Under the pieces are notes generated by a model that was given only the letters and a program-made list of their open reading frames with translations, ran no database searches and was not told the origin of the DNA. The position numbers were made by a program, and so were the translations under genes. A stretch of DNA of 63,983 nucleotides, filler included, from Collodictyon triciliatum (Eukaryota), in assembly GCA_043381765.1 (NCBI GenBank). It is 6 parts of 6 records of this genome, joined end to end, with 100 filler letters (N's around TTAATTAATTAA, not from the genome) between each part and the next. Parts side by side here need not be neighbours in the genome. Positions count along the whole stretch, not along the records: positions 1 to 11,861 come from JBHJMP010002293.1; positions 11,962 to 23,816 come from JBHJMP010002294.1; 4 more parts are not named here. One strand, written 5' to 3'. This document shows positions 1 to 17,028 of the stretch, one piece after another; the first letter of the stretch is position 1; each line of letters begins with the position of its first letter.

Positions 1-525
1 AGAAAAAAGAAAAGAAAAGAAAAAAGAAAAGAAAAAAGAAAAGAAAAGAAAAAAGAAAAGAAAAAAGAAAAGAAAAAAGAAAAGAAAAAAGAAAAGAAAA
101 AAGAAAAGAGAAAAGAAAAGAAAAGAAAAGAGGAAATAACTAAATGAAGAGGTGAATATTTTACTGGTTAACGAGCGCTCGTTTTGCCTGAGTCCTTATT
201 TCATCAGATTTGATTCCTTGTAAGAAAAAAAATATCTACTTTCTTTTCTTGTCTTTTTCACATTTCTTTTCTCGGTTAATCGGCATGTTTTGCGCTATAT
301 TTCGTCACCCGCCTCAAGAGACTTGATTTCATGCCTTTTATTTCCTTTTGCCGAGCAAGGCTCCCTGCCACTGCCCCTCATGGATGCTTGATTTCTTCTA
401 TGCAAGGTCGTCAAAAAGCCGGCACTGTCGTGTAGCTTTGCCTTGTCTGGTCGCACAGCCTCCACTATACGGAATAGATCCTTGAGAAAAAAAAAGAAGG
501 TATTTACAAGCCCCTGGGAGAAGAA

Positions 526-3735
<3,210 letters not shown>

Positions 3736-4871
3736 GTTGGAAGGAGCATTTCGTGTATCTAGTTTTGCACGGCTTTGTTGTGTTGTGAAACTGTTAATAT
3801 CATCGCGTTGTTTCATTGTCCCTAATCTTTGCGTGTGCGTTTTGCGCAAACAGGAAGCGCTTCTTCTTTCGGTGGTCATAGGCTCCGCACCGTCAGCGCC
3901 AATACATTGAAACCGTGCGAGAATGGAAGTCCGACCTACTGTACCAACCAAACGCCAAATTAAGACACGTTCTTAGTGGACTCCATGGGTCTACACCTAA
4001 AATAATAATAAAATTCCACAAAGAGAACCACATTTCTGGAATCCGGATTGATTCAATTAGACACAAAAAAAGCAACCACTAATCTGGAATACATAATCCC
4101 AAAGTGGGTCTTCGATTGCATTCAAATAGATCTGAAATGGAAATGATATGCAAATAATTGTATCATGCACCATTTGTGGATAAAATGCGAATATTTTCGA
4201 TGGGATGGCTGATGTGATTTTGAATTTTGAATTGAGCGTGGCTTTCGATGTGGTAAAATTTTGCTCCGATCAATGCAATCACACGCTCACATGGATTACC
4301 CCGAGGAAAAAGAAAAAAGAAAAGACCGAAAAAAAAACAAAAACAAAAACAAAGAAAAGAAGGAAGAACAAGAGAGAAATAAAAAAACCAATATGTGGAG
4401 AAGAGAAGAAAAGAAGGCAAACAAAATAATAGCTTCAAAACAAGAAGGAAAGAAAGCAGCATAGGGGCTTCCTTCTTCTTTGTTTATGGTTACAACATAT
4501 CCCGAAGGCCTGTTGTTTTGGCGGAGCGAGTTCCGTTAGTCATTTGCTGTGCTTCAGAAGTAGCAGACACAAAGACCATAGTTTGTTATTGAGAGCCCGT
4601 TTGGCTGTTTCTTAATCATCAACAAACTCATGGAAGAAGTTGGCTTCCTATTGGAATTCTTTGAGCGGGCAGAATTACTCTTCTTTGCTCGCCACAGTCA
4701 TGATTCGATACCTTTGATCGCAAATAATATTCCTCTCGGCTAAAATATATAAAAGAAAAGAAGGGAAAAAATATATGAAGCAAATGTTAACCATACATAA
4801 ATATTACCTTCCATGACGAATGATTTCCAGGGAACAAAATAACTGCTTCAGGAGAACGGGAGTCTGGGAAA

Positions 4872-7800
4872 ATGTACCGACTTGTGATCAAGGCTGTCGT
4901 CTTGCTGCTTCTTGCTGAGTCAGCAGTTGGGTTTTATCTTCCTGGTGTGGCTCCGGTCGATTACCCTGACAACTCAAAAGTGGAGCTTAAAGTGAACAAG
5001 CTTACGTCTGTAAAGACACAGCTTCCGTATGAATACTACTCCTTGCCGTTTTGCAAGCCGAACAAGATTGTTAGCACTGCAGAGAATCTGGGTGAAGTTT
5101 TGATGGGTGATCGCATCGAAAACTCAAAATATGAGGTACTCATATGACCATTTTTCTTTTTCTTTTTCTTCTTCTTTTTCTTTTTCTCTTTCTTTTCTTT
5201 TCTTTTCTTTTCTTTTCTTTTCTTTTCTTTTCTTTTCTTTTCTTTTCTTTTCTTTCATAGATGAAAACATAGACGAAAAAAAAAAGCACGTTTACCTCTT
5301 CCTTTTCTATACATGTATTTCGTATTCTCTTTTTCACATTATCCATTCCCAGGTTTTTATGAAGTTGAAGGAACAGTGCAAAATCCTCTGTGCGCGTACA
5401 TACGACCGATCGGAGGCGCGTTCCTTTGCGAAGATGATTGATGGAGAGTACAAAGTGAACATGTTTGTGGTTTATTCTTTACTTTGTCGAGAATTGCCAT
5501 TTCTTAAATAAGTCAGCCGTCCACGTGAAGAGTCTGGTAATGAATCGTGTCAATTAGGCTCTTAGATAACCTTCCTGCTGCTACCCCTCATTTCACAAAG
5601 ACAAAAGACAAGGACGGAAAAGAAGATGTAACAAAAACTTATGAACTTGGCTTCGCCCTTGGTAAAAGAGTTTATGTTGGAACTGGCAAGGTAACTGCTC
5701 TTCTACGGCCAATACTATATCCGCAATAATTTATTCTACTTTCTCGAGCAAAATTTTGTTTTTAACACTTAGTGTCGATTAAATCAACTTTCTAGAACAA
5801 GCGTCGAATGCATTTCTTGAACAATCACGTTAACCTGAAGGTCTTTTACCACTCTGATGAATCAGCTGCCAATCCAGGCTCGCGTATTGTTGGCTTCGAA
5901 GTCTTTTCAAGTAGTGTCCAGCACAAGCTGAAGGAAAATACGCTTATATCAGAAACATGCAGCAATATGAAGTCAGCACCTATGCAGAGTATCGATTCTG
6001 CTACTCAAGTTGTTTGGTCGTATGATGTTGTTTGGGAGGTACCCCTTTTTTCTTACCCTCCCCCTCAAAGATTATAGAAAAAAGGGGTAAAACAGACACA
6101 ACAGTCATCAAGCACAGATGCACGTCTTTCCATTCATGTCTTGTTGATGTTTTTTTTTTTCAATCAAGATTAAAAAAGAATCAATTAGTTTCGGCTAACA
6201 TGCACATGTTTTCATTTGTATTCATAGCCATCTGACATTCGCTGGGCATATCGTTGGGATGTTTATTTGCTGATGAATGACGGTCAAATTCATTGGTTCT
6301 CGATCATTAATTCCTTGATGATTGTTATTTTCTTGAGCGGAATGGTTGCAATGATTATGCTGCGAACAATCCACCAAGTAACATACTACATATGAAAATT
6401 TTAAAACTCAATAATTCACATTAACAGGAAATCAAATAAAATGCTGTCCTTTGTTTATTGTAATAATCCAGAAGAATGAAGAAAATAACCATTAAAAAAT
6501 CATATATAGGATTTCGCCAGATATAATCAAGTGGAAACTTCTGGTGATGTCCATGAGGAGTATGGATGGAAGCTTGTTCATGGTGATGTTTTTCGTCCTC
6601 CGTCACATCCGCTGTTGCTGTCTGCAAGTGTTGGGTTTGGTGTGCAGGTCATCTCTATGGCCTTCGCATCCATGTGTAAGAAAACATTTTGCAAGAGCCA
6701 CAGCTCGTATCCATGACCGCTTGTATTTTCCATCTGGAAATTAATTCTGATGATTTCCCTTTCTTCTAAAATACGTCACATTTGCTCAGTTTTTGCGCTT
6801 CTCGGCTTCCTTTCGCCAGCAAATCGCGGCGGTCTTCTCACTGCAGTTATTCTGATGTTTGTGTTTATGGGGTAAGCGGACTATTTGAGACAAACTGTGC
6901 ACAATCTGTCTTCATTATTTTTAAAAAAAAGATGAAATTCTTTTCGCACTTTCTTTCAATAAGATACATTCTAAACTCTTACACTATTCATAACATTTTC
7001 CTATCGAGATTATATATTGGTGTCTAACTTTTCTCTTTTCCTTCCTCTCCAGAATATTCGCCGGATATGCCTCTGCCAGGAATTACAAGATGTTCAAGGG
7101 AGTTGGCTGGAAGCGCTGTGTGATTATGACCGCATCCCTTTATCCAGGAATCATCTTTGTGATATTTTTTATCCTGAATTTTTTCATTTGGGGCCAGAAG
7201 TCCTCTGGAGCTATCCCATTCACCACACTTATTGCACTCTTGGCGCTATGGCTGGGAATCTCTGTCCCACTTGTGTGTTTGGGTAGTCACTTCGGCTTCA
7301 AAAAAGACACTATTGAACATCCCGTTCGAGTTAACCAAATCCCACGAACCGTGCCTGAGCAAGTCTGGTACATGAGACCAGCTGTGTCTATCCTGCTCGG
7401 CGGTGTCTTGCCATTTGGTGCTGTCTTTATCGAGCTTTACTTCATATTGTCCTCAATATGGCTCCATCAGTTTTACTATATGTTTGGAATTCTCTTTATC
7501 GTCTTGTGTATCCTTCTTATTACCTGTGGTGAAATCTCTGTTGTGATGTGCTATTTCCAATTGTGCAGTGAGGTAAGTCTGATTCTCTTTTTTTTTTCTG
7601 TTCTTCTGTTTTTCTCTCTTTTCTTTATCCTTTCTTTATCCTTTCTTTTTCCTTTCTTTTTCCTTTCTTTTTCCTTTTTAGTGCCGCTTGTCATTCAATA
7701 TGCATTTCAAAACCCAAGCCTTCATCACAATACCGTAACCAATCCGCACTCAATGTCCCAAACCCAACAGGACTACAACTGGTGGTGGAGATCGTTCCTG

Positions 7801-8010
7801 ACGTCCGGTGCCTCTGCATTCTACATCTTTGCCTACTCTGTCTTTTACTTTGTGACAAAGCTTCAGATCCATTCGTTCGTCTCGGCGCTTCTTTTCTTTA
7901 GCTACACAACCATCATGTGCATCCTGTTCTTTGTGCTCACAGGCACTATCGGCTACCTCTCGTGCCTGTGGTTTGTCCGCAAGATTTACTCCTCCGTCAA
8001 GATCGACTAG
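4872..8010 (+). CDS. TM9SF: Transmembrane 9 superfamily (EMP70/TM9SF2/4-like) protein, multi-exon
   Basis: Signal peptide followed by [62 protein letters not shown] and [10 protein letters not shown]-terminal KID (KxD/E Golgi retention motif). Confidence 0.96.
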
Positions 8011-8120
8011 ATTGTCGCATGGTATCGGCGGATGCTGCTGTTGTTCGTCTCCCATCAGAAAATCTTCCTATCAACCAACGAATCCTATACAAAAGCCGTT
8101 TTCAGGATCAAAAGTAAAAT

Positions 8121-8199
<79 letters not shown>

Positions 8200-9148
8200 T
8201 CCTCCTAGGCGAATGCAATCGCTCCATGGATTCCATCAATATTTTTGAAGACGTCATTGTGTGTGTGTGTGTTCTTTTCATTTTCTTTTCATGTCTTTCT
8301 CCACTCTCCACCGAATTTGATATTCATTTTCTCTCTTCTGCAGCCTTTTTTTAAAAAAAGAAAAACAAAGTCTGATATCATCTTCAGTCACCTTTTCCCC
8401 ATCGGCAACATCATCATCTCCACTTTTTCCTCTTTTCTTTTTCCTTCTCAATTCTCTTCCTGGCTTCAAGAAAGAAAGAAAAAAGGAGAGAGAGAGAGAG
8501 AAAGAGAAAAAGAATCAGGATAATCATCGGTCCACGTGTCTGCTTTCACCCGGCTTATATCCTTAAACTTTTTTTTTTTTTTCAAGCTCGAGTCCAGAGC
8601 CTCAAAACATTGGATTGCATCCAATACAGTCGCCCAAATCATTCGGAGACGTATGGGATGTCGGGTGTGGGATGTGGGGTGTGGGGTGCGTGGTACCAGG
8701 CAAATTATACCATACGTGGTGCCCTCCGAACGCCGTCATTTTCTTTGCCCCGGCCTGTTTCGAATCTATCGGCGATCGAGTGGCGCGTGTCGATTCAATA
8801 TTTAGCCTGCATGCGAGAATAAGAGACAACAGCGCTGTTGGGCCTCCCGCCTTGAATACACAAACGTGCTTACTATTGGGAAATATAGTCCACGAAAGGA
8901 GCTTACGCATTTCCCTCTTTTCTTTTTGTATTATTGTAATGCTATATTTTTTTTTTATTCTTCCTTTCAATTATTGTAATGCTCTATTATTTATTATTAT
9001 TATTACTCTTTTTAATTTTCTAGATCGTGCCCAGTACACCAGTGGTATATTGCAACTACCGCGTTGTTTATCCTCCTCAATAATTACATTTGCTTTGAAC
9101 GGGCTGGCCAACCAGTCCGTCAAACCACTCTTCTAGAAGGACGGAGAA

Positions 9149-11124
9149 ATGATGCGCCGATTCCTCTCAATATTCCAAACATCCCAACCCGACGAGGCTG
9201 CTGCTGCTGTTGCTCCTCCGCTAACCGATATGGAGCACATTCAAGAACCTGCCTCAAATACTCGGCCCCAACTTCGTTCTCCATCACCACAAAACCAGTC
9301 TCGGTTGTATGCCGAAGCGTAATGTTTTATTTTGTTTTCTTTTGTTTTCTTTTGTTTTCTTTTGTTTTCTTTTGTTTTCTTTTGTTTTCTTTTGTTTTCT
9401 TTTGTTTTCTTTTGTTTTCTTTTATGCTTACCTAACTTCTTAGCCTTTATAAATTGGATTTTTTTTCACTTTTTTTTTCAAAAAATGAATGTATACCCAA
9501 CAAAAAAAAATTAAAAAAGGGAATATCCTCCTTTAAAAAAAAAAACCATAGCAACTGCTCTTTTCATTTTTTATATGCTGTTTTCATCGTTTTTATCCTC
9601 TTTTTATTTGTTGAATGTATAGTTTGGTTGCATTTTAGATCCACCGAACAGAGCATTCCCAGCCGACAAACTCGGCTCTATTCTCCCCAACCTATGATGT
9701 TACCCCCAAATTCTCAAGAAAATGATGAACATCGCGCATCAAACATGGCTCAGATTCAGTCAGATCATGAGCTGGCGTTGAGATTACAGGCTGAGGAACA
9801 CGCCAGATATCAAGGTTCTCTTCATGTCTTTGGAATTAATGATCAAGAACTCTAATGTAGCGTTTTATTCCATCATCGTCCATACTCTTTTTTCTGTGTC
9901 GATTGTTGTAATTCATTTGAAAAATCCAAAGCAGTTATGCAACAAAATCAGAACCGCTCCCAAAGCAGGCATAATCTATACCATCAAGCAACGTCGCAGC
10001 CGCAGCCGCATAATGGAGATCTTTCAAATCACATTCATCCCAGCCACCAACATCATCAGCATCATCACCAGCAGCATCATCACCAGCAGCATCATCACCA
10101 GCAGCATCATCACCAGCAGCATCACCAGCAGCATCATCACCAGCATCACCAGCATCATCATCAGCAGCATCATCAGCATCACCAACACCATCAACATGAG
10201 CAACGCCATTCATCAGGGCATTCCCAAGTGAACATTCAATCAACGCAATTAGCCAATGCAACTCACATCGCCGTGCGTGAATACCCTCCCCAAGGATCCA
10301 ACGAGCCTATTCGCCAACATTTGATTCCGCTTCCGTCAGATCCAGCTGTTTGTCCATTTCTATGTATGTATGCGATGTCAGGAGTGGGTGATGTGGTTTC
10401 AACTCACTTTCACCACCTTCATTTTTTCTTTAATAAAAAAAATCAATAGATGAGGCAGCGAATTTTAACTCATCTCCTGGAGCAAGTGGCACGAAACCGA
10501 CAGGCTGCTCAGGGTGCCTCTCAAAACATGATTCGTGCGTTGCCGACTTTTCAAGTTACAGAAGGTTCTATGGCTGAAGGAGGGCAGTGAGTTCCCTTCA
10601 TGACGTGAATCGCCTTTGATTCTTTTTTATTTTGTTTTTTGTTTTTTGTTTTTTGTTTTTTGTTTTTTGTTTTTTGTTTTTTGTTTTTTGTTTTTTGTTT
10701 TTTGTTTTTTGTTTTTTGTTTTTTGTTTTTCCTTATTTTTCTTTTCCTTCTTCTTTTGTTTGCTTATTCATCACTCTTCTCATCTATCCAAAATGCTTTT
10801 TGTTTATTGTCAAGCTATCTCTGTATCAAATCTAAGTATTGTAATCAACTACACACTAAAATAATAATGTTGATATGGAATCAATCGTAGATGTAATATA
10901 TGTCTGGAAGACTATGTCAACGGCGATGAAATTAAAATTCTCCCTTGTGCGCATATGTTTCATACATCATGTACAGATGCTTGGATTGTGCGGAATAAAA
11001 CATGCCCCGTCTGCAAACATGGTATGTGTTCCTCCAAAACACATCTCGATTTTTTTTCTAAAATCATTTTTATAGAGAATATACTCATATATTGATATAA
11101 ACAGAGGTGGATAAGTTCGAGTAA
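9149..11124 (+). CDS. RING-H2 E3 ubiquitin ligase with His/Gln-rich tract, 6 exons
   Basis: The exon starting at 10891 encodes CNICLEDYVNGDEIKILPCAHMFHTSCTDAWIVRNKTCPVCK (C3H2C3), preceded by GASQNMIRALPTF. Exon phases are consistent from ATG 9149 to TAA 11124. Confidence 0.88.
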
Positions 11125-11861
11125 TTATTTTTGTGACTTATTCCTCAACGCGCGTAAGAAGGTTGGCCATTTTATATGCTTGTTGTGGTGCGGCTGTTTC
11201 AAAAAGACTTTCTTGTGAATGAATTGTGATAACTAAAATAATATTTTCATTTTTTTTAATTGAGCCTCACTTTTCTTAATCTTCTCAACTAGATTCCTTT
11301 TTGGATGCCTATCTTCTTCTTTATTCATTTACTCGCCACTCACATATCCTATTGCTAAGTTACACATCCACAGCTTCTCATTTTATCTCTTTTCTGTTTC
11401 TTTTTTTTAAAAAAAAAAAAAAATAGTCCCTTTTTATCTTAAGTCAATCGCTCGCACTGGATACTTCACACCATGCTTTCTGGCTAGAGTGACGGAGTCA
11501 AATAAACCCTCCTCCGCTCAGTTCGACCAAATACTTATGACTATTGCTTTTTCTTCGAAACAAGAATACAGGCCTGAACAGGTCTTTTATTTTTTTCTAT
11601 TAGAAAACTTGCTCGCGAAATCTCTTTGCTGGTGGTTGTGATTCCTGAGGAGGAATAAACGTTTTTGTCGAATCAACTTTCTATCATCTAATCTAATGCA
11701 TTGTAAAAAGTTATTATCACTCAGTGTAGTTGTGAAACCCTTTTTCCTGGCCAAAACATACATCATACATACATCATACATACATACATACATACATACA
11801 TACATACATACATACATACATACATACATACATACATACATACATACATACATACATACAT

Positions 11862-11961
11862 NNNNNNNNNNNNNNNNNNNNNNNNNNNNNNNNNNNNNNN
11901 NNNNNTTAATTAATTAANNNNNNNNNNNNNNNNNNNNNNNNNNNNNNNNNNNNNNNNNNNN
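11862..11961. other. Artificial contig-joining spacer (N44-TTAATTAATTAA-N44); same at 23817-23916, 35766-35865, 47713-47812, 59660-59759
   Basis: The same 100-nt linker with stops in all six frames recurs five times. Intervening contigs are 11855, 11849, 11847 and 11847 nt, i.e. sorted by length. Confidence 0.99.
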
Positions 11962-12705
11962 AGCAAACATAAACTATAACCTCGAAAACGCCTTTCCTTT
12001 GACGAGCTATCATCTGAATATGCTTCATTTTGTATCCACAAGCGAGTTTTGGCTTGTCTTCTTCCTTCCCTGAGCGCTTTGTCCAGCCCGCCTTTTCATG
12101 ATTATACAGTGTTGCAGATACTCTCGACGGTTGGACAGGCGCTGCAGAGTCTTTTCATTCAGCTCCCGACCGAAGCAGGCATACAAGTTGTTTGTGTATT
12201 GTTTGGCAACTTCCTCAACGGCGTTAGAATGCCTGAAGAGGTATCGATTCGGTGCTTCCATAGCCAGCAAGCCGGCAGGTTGACACTAATGCAGATGGGT
12301 GCGTTCTGTTTGGAAACAAATCCACCTTGGACAACAGGTGAGAGGTGGGAGAAGGGGCAGAGTAGGTTGCATGGGATTAGGGACTTTGCTTGGTGCTTGC
12401 TGCTCCTCCAATACCCGACCAGCCGATAATGCTGAAACATTATCTTCTTTGTTTATCTGCTTTCTTTGAATGGACAGCTTTGTCCCCAATCAAGAGCGAG
12501 AAAGATCTGTCATCCCATCTACAGGATCGCCCTGCTAAGAGTTCAGCGGTGCAGATCAAAGTCTCGAGGTCGCTGAGTCGGAGTCTGGCCATTCTGCTGC
12601 TTCTCCCTCGTCATCCCTTCCCTTCGCTTGACTTATCTGTCCTTGTCTCTCCTCCGTCTCGAACCACACAAGCCCTCTCACCTAAGAACCGCCCTTCCAC
12701 CGCAG

Positions 12706-14636
12706 ATGGCAACGGCCGAAGAGCAGCAGGCAGCCGAGGCGGCGGCCCTGGAGCAAGAGAAGGCGCGCCTTGTGACGGATCTGTGGAAGGAAAAGGAAGC
12801 CCACCGCGAGACAAAGAACCGCTGCCAATTCCTGCTGGATCTTCTGCACAAGCAGACACGAGACATGCGGCAAGTGATGCTCTCGGTGAAGCCGAACGCC
12901 AGCGGATCGGCACCGCCTTCGTCCAAGCAGGCCGGGCCACAGTCTGTCGTGCAAAGCCTCGAGAAGGAGAAGTCTGATCTGCAGCGCAACGTGACTCAGC
13001 TGCAGAACGAGCTGCAGGACACGCTCAGCTCCTTCCGCCTGGAGAACGAGCGCCTGAGCGCCCGGATCCGAGAGCTGGAGCAGACGCAGACACAGGCGCA
13101 GGCGCCGCCCAGCGAAAGTCTGACGCAGACCCAAGTGCAGGAGAAGACGCAGCAGCTCGAGACGGCCCACGAGACGCTCACCCATGTGGATCTGATTGTG
13201 CAGACGGTGCTGTATTCGCTGGACCAGTACGACAATGCCGAGGCAGCTGCTGATCTCTCGCTCTCGTCCACGCTCTCGCCCGGGCAGGTCCTCGACTGGA
13301 CGGAGCAGTCTCACGCAGATGCGCTTGCCCGTGCAAGGCAGGCCCGCGAACGGATTCAGGGCCATCTGCAGATTCACCAGCAGACCCTCTCCACCCTCGA
13401 GTCTGCCGTCCTTGTCCAGATCCGCACCGATGCCGAACTGGATGCGGACGAGGAGGATGCCGAGCACGACGGTGGCCAAGTGCCTTTGGAGAAGCCGGCC
13501 CCTGCTGCCGCTCCCGGCGGGCATCGCATCCTGGAAAGGGCCGACGAGGTGGTCAAGAATCTCAGCGCCTCCGGCCGTCTGCTGAAGGAAGCTTCTGCAG
13601 ATATCATCGACGTCAAGCAGCGCTTTGCCTCGCTGCTGATGAAGGAGTCCCGCAAGTTTGAACAGACAAAGAAAGAGTATGAGGAAGAGATTGCCCGCCT
13701 TCGTGCTCGGGACCAGCAGCGCGCGCGCGAAATTGAGATGCTTCGTGATGGGACAGCAGCTCCTGCAGAGGTTTGTTGCTGGCTTTTGCGAAGGGATTAT
13801 GCTTATAGTTCAGGACATAAATGTCTGTCATGGCCTTTCTTTCTGTATTCTGGGTATAATATGTGCAGAGAAATTCGCTTTTCAACCAAAGATAATGAGA
13901 ATTTTCTCTATTTATACTCACGAACTATGACGATATGAACGAATTAAAAAAAAAAAAAAAGGGAGGCCAGGAGGGCTCGAGAAACTCAACACGCAGGACA
14001 AGCGAGCTGGGAGAACGTTTCAGAAAGCAAACGATGTCTGCACCCCAGAGGATTTATGAAAAGTCTGGTTGGTTGACGAAGCAAGTACGTTGCAGTGTGC
14101 ATATTGTACGTTATTACATGCTAAGCGTTTTCTTTGTTCCAGGGGAGCAAATGGAAGACATGGAAAACGAGGTATTTTGTACTTCGCGGGTCTTCCTTGA
14201 TGATTTACAAGGATTTAGATGTAATTTCCATTCATCTATGTTTTTTTTTATTTGTGTGATGTATCATATTACATTTTGGAGATTCACAGCATTCCCGCAT
14301 TTCTTTTTATTGTCATCACTTCTATGCCATTCATTTTTTTTGACTTTTTTAATGATGATTTTCCACTATTCATGGTGATAATTACAGAAACGAAACTTGT
14401 TGGGTATCATATCCATCACCGGAATTCAATGCCGCAGCGTGGATGGAGGTGCATCTGGCGACAAAAAGTTTTACTTTGAGCTGAAAGGTGGAGAAAATGG
14501 CATGATGGGTCAAAAGCAGAATGGAGGCGAGTCTGAAATCATCCGCTATGAGAACCTCCTAGTCTACGCCAGCTCCGAAGCCGAACGCGCTGAGTGGATT
14601 GCCGCCATTAATGACAACTCTTTGCTGGACGTTTAA
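12706..14636 (+). CDS. Coiled-coil protein with C-terminal PH domain, 4 exons
   Basis: Long heptad-rich exon 12706-13770. Spliced PH motifs KSGWLTKQ|GSKWKTWKTRYFVLRGSSLMIYKD, LGIISI, FYFEL and VYASSEAERAEWIAAIN. Confidence 0.88.
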
Positions 14637-14966
14637 TCGCCCGCTCTGATAGCGCTTCAACATGGAATGACTTATTCGATCACAGACAACCAAAGCCCTC
14701 CAGCCACAAAATAAAGTAAGATTGAAGGAGGCAGAGAGCACAGCCCTCTTGTCACTTGTGGAACTAATTTGTAACAGCTAACGATTTCTTATTCTGGATA
14801 CTCTTTCCTTCAATCAGCTTTTGGGGCGTGTCAATATTGGCTCACATCATCTCGAAACGCCGATCAACACGAAGCAGGTCGCGCACATACTCACACCAAG
14901 CGGGATAAAGCCAATCTGAAATACTCGTTAACTCTCAGTTCAACAGCGACTCATAATCCGCACGCA

Positions 14967-15463
14967 ATGAGCCTACAGCAATCTATCCTGCCTTCTCTTC
15001 CTGAAAGCGCCATTCAGCCGCTTCGCCGCCCAACACCCACAAAGGTCATTCCCAGCCACCCGATTTACCGGACGACCTACCAAACCACACACGGCGCCGC
15101 CGTAACTCCGATCACATACCAGAGCTCTTTGGCCGACACAATTCAGTTTGTCTTCCATTTCAGAACCACCTCTTTTTTTTCTTTTTCTTTCTTTTTTTTT
15201 TTGCTCCCAACATGACTGGATTGCGGCTCATTTTAGAAACCTGTTTTCTTTGACTTGTTTCTTCTGTTTTTGTAAACCGTACCGCTGACCGACACAGATC
15301 TGCCCGGGAGATGCGAGACACGTTAGTTGAGACCGAACTGAGGTACCCCGGCTTTACATGACTGAGCAGAAAATGATATTTGCCTTGTTCTTTTCTCCTT
15401 TTTCGTTCGTGGCGTTATCTACACACCAGCTATCGATACGTGAATCGTAATGCACCATTCTGA
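14967..15463 (+). CDS. Small 85-aa hypothetical protein (3 exons: 14967-15145, 15298-15342, 15430-15463)
   Basis: Two GT-AG introns with matching phase (a GCTGAC branch-like site before 15297) join into an open frame ending YRYVNRNAPF*. No family recognised with certainty. Confidence 0.55.
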
Positions 15464-16157
15464 ATCTGTTGTAGTCGAAGTCAAGCGAATAATGTCCCCG
15501 AGAGACTTTATCTTTCGCCAAACCACCGTTCCAGCCGCTCAAACCGGGAGTTTTTTGAGACAGGCTTCCAACAGATCTCGGCCAACGGCGACGCAGCGGC
15601 ACAGTGCTACTTCCACAAAGTCCGGCCGTTGGAAGGCTCGCCTCATATTTCTTATCCAAGCAAGACTCACGCCATGGGCCACGCATTCTTTGGCTAAATC
15701 ATCTGCTGTTCCCCACCTTTATTGGTCTTCTCTTCCCACCGTGTGATATCACTGCCTGTCGTGTCTCTTTGTCTTCCTCTCTCCTTCCCCTCCTAAATGA
15801 TGCCATCTTCCCGTGTGTGTTGTTGGTTGCGGGACGAAAGGGAGAATGGTTTGTTCTTTTTCAAAATAAATAAATAAATCATCTCGTAAGTGAAGGAATG
15901 AAAAGAAAACCATATTCTTTACCGCATCCGCTCGAAACATCCGATCTGACTGCGATTTAGTTTGTGTCACAAGATAAATAATGGTGCGTATGGTGCTAAT
16001 GTTCGGTTATATGCACAATATTGATTTCTAATTGGGGCTGCTCGTATGAGTGGAACTAAGGAAACTGTCGCTACGGCTGCTCTGCATCGATTTGGACAGA
16101 AATGAAGAAAAAAAAGCCATATAAACTGTACCGAGAACAGAGATGGTGTTATATTAT

Positions 16158-16250
16158 AGCGTTCTTTTATTCTGAACCAAAGCCAACATCTTCACCATCC
16201 TGCACAAAATTGAAAGGAAGAATAAAAAAAAAAAAGCGTTCTTTTATTCT
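16158..16250 (+). mobile_element. 5'-truncated non-LTR retroelement 3' end (family A) with poly(A) and 16-bp TSD
   Basis: AGCGTTCTTTTATTCT is duplicated at 16158-16173 and 16235-16250, flanking GAACCAAAGCC...CACCATCCTGCACAAAATTGAAAGGAAGAAT(A)n. The same tail occurs at about 35136 and 50383. Confidence 0.9.
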
Positions 16251-16812
16251 ACGTGTGCTTCGGTGGCTTGATAGGAAATAGAGGAAATTATTGGTTTTGA
16301 GGCTTAGTTGTACTGTCGGTGCGGATGTTGGCATGATAGGAAATGAAGAGAGGGACTGTAATGACCGGACATATTTTTGATCATCTTTTTAAAATTATCT
16401 TGGCGTGTGGTTTTCATTTATTCACCCACAGATGAATATGATTGCAGTGATTGGAGGATGTATTCGTCCTCATCAACTTCTTCCTCATCCTCACTTTCAC
16501 TGTTGCTCTGCTCGAAGGAGATTTGGAAGTGGATAGTCCAGCTAGTGTTGCCATTGTGGTTGATGATTGGAGAAGGCAGGGCCGCTGTTGGTGCAAACTC
16601 TGGAACTATGCTGGAGGCGTGATGCTGCGCAGGGGATGGCCCAATGGCGCCACATCGACTCTGCAAAAGAGCAACTCCTGTAGCACCAGAAAGTCAAGTT
16701 TGTATGAGAAAATGAAGCTCTTCAGTACTTTGTGGAATTCTGCTGTTTATATGGCACTGAATAACCCGAAAAGGTTGCAAATCGGGCTGCAAAGATGTAA
16801 AGAAGAAAAAGT

Positions 16813-17028
16813 TTATTGGGGTAGATAGAAAGGAGAGGTAAAGATGAAGAAAGAGAAACCTGGGGGCGGAGAATGGCGGCTGCTAGGGTTGTCTGGCCCA
16901 CTCGATTCCAGCGAAAGCGCGAGGCATCTTTGGATGAGTCTCTCTGGTGGGGGACGGCACTTGAGAATCGGGGTGGGAGGCATTTTTGGGATGGGCGATT
17001 CAGACACACGCTCGCTGCTTTTCGTCAT
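16813..17028 (-). CDS. Hypothetical Pro-rich protein, N-terminal exon, paralog 1 (3' structure unresolved)
   Basis: MTKSSERVSESPIPKMPPTPILKCRPPPERLIQR is clearly homologous to the ORF at 21589-21858. Confidence 0.5.
   Translation of the reverse strand: MTKSSERVSESPIPKMPPTPILKCRPPPERLIQRCLALSLESSGPDNPSSRHSPPPGFSFFIFTSPFYLPQ

Noticed and set aside
11962-12440. Possible minus-strand gene start (MEAPNRYLFRHSNAVEEVAKQY...) head-to-head with the PH gene
   Set aside because: No recognisable family, ambiguous splice structure and truncation by the contig end; too weak to call.
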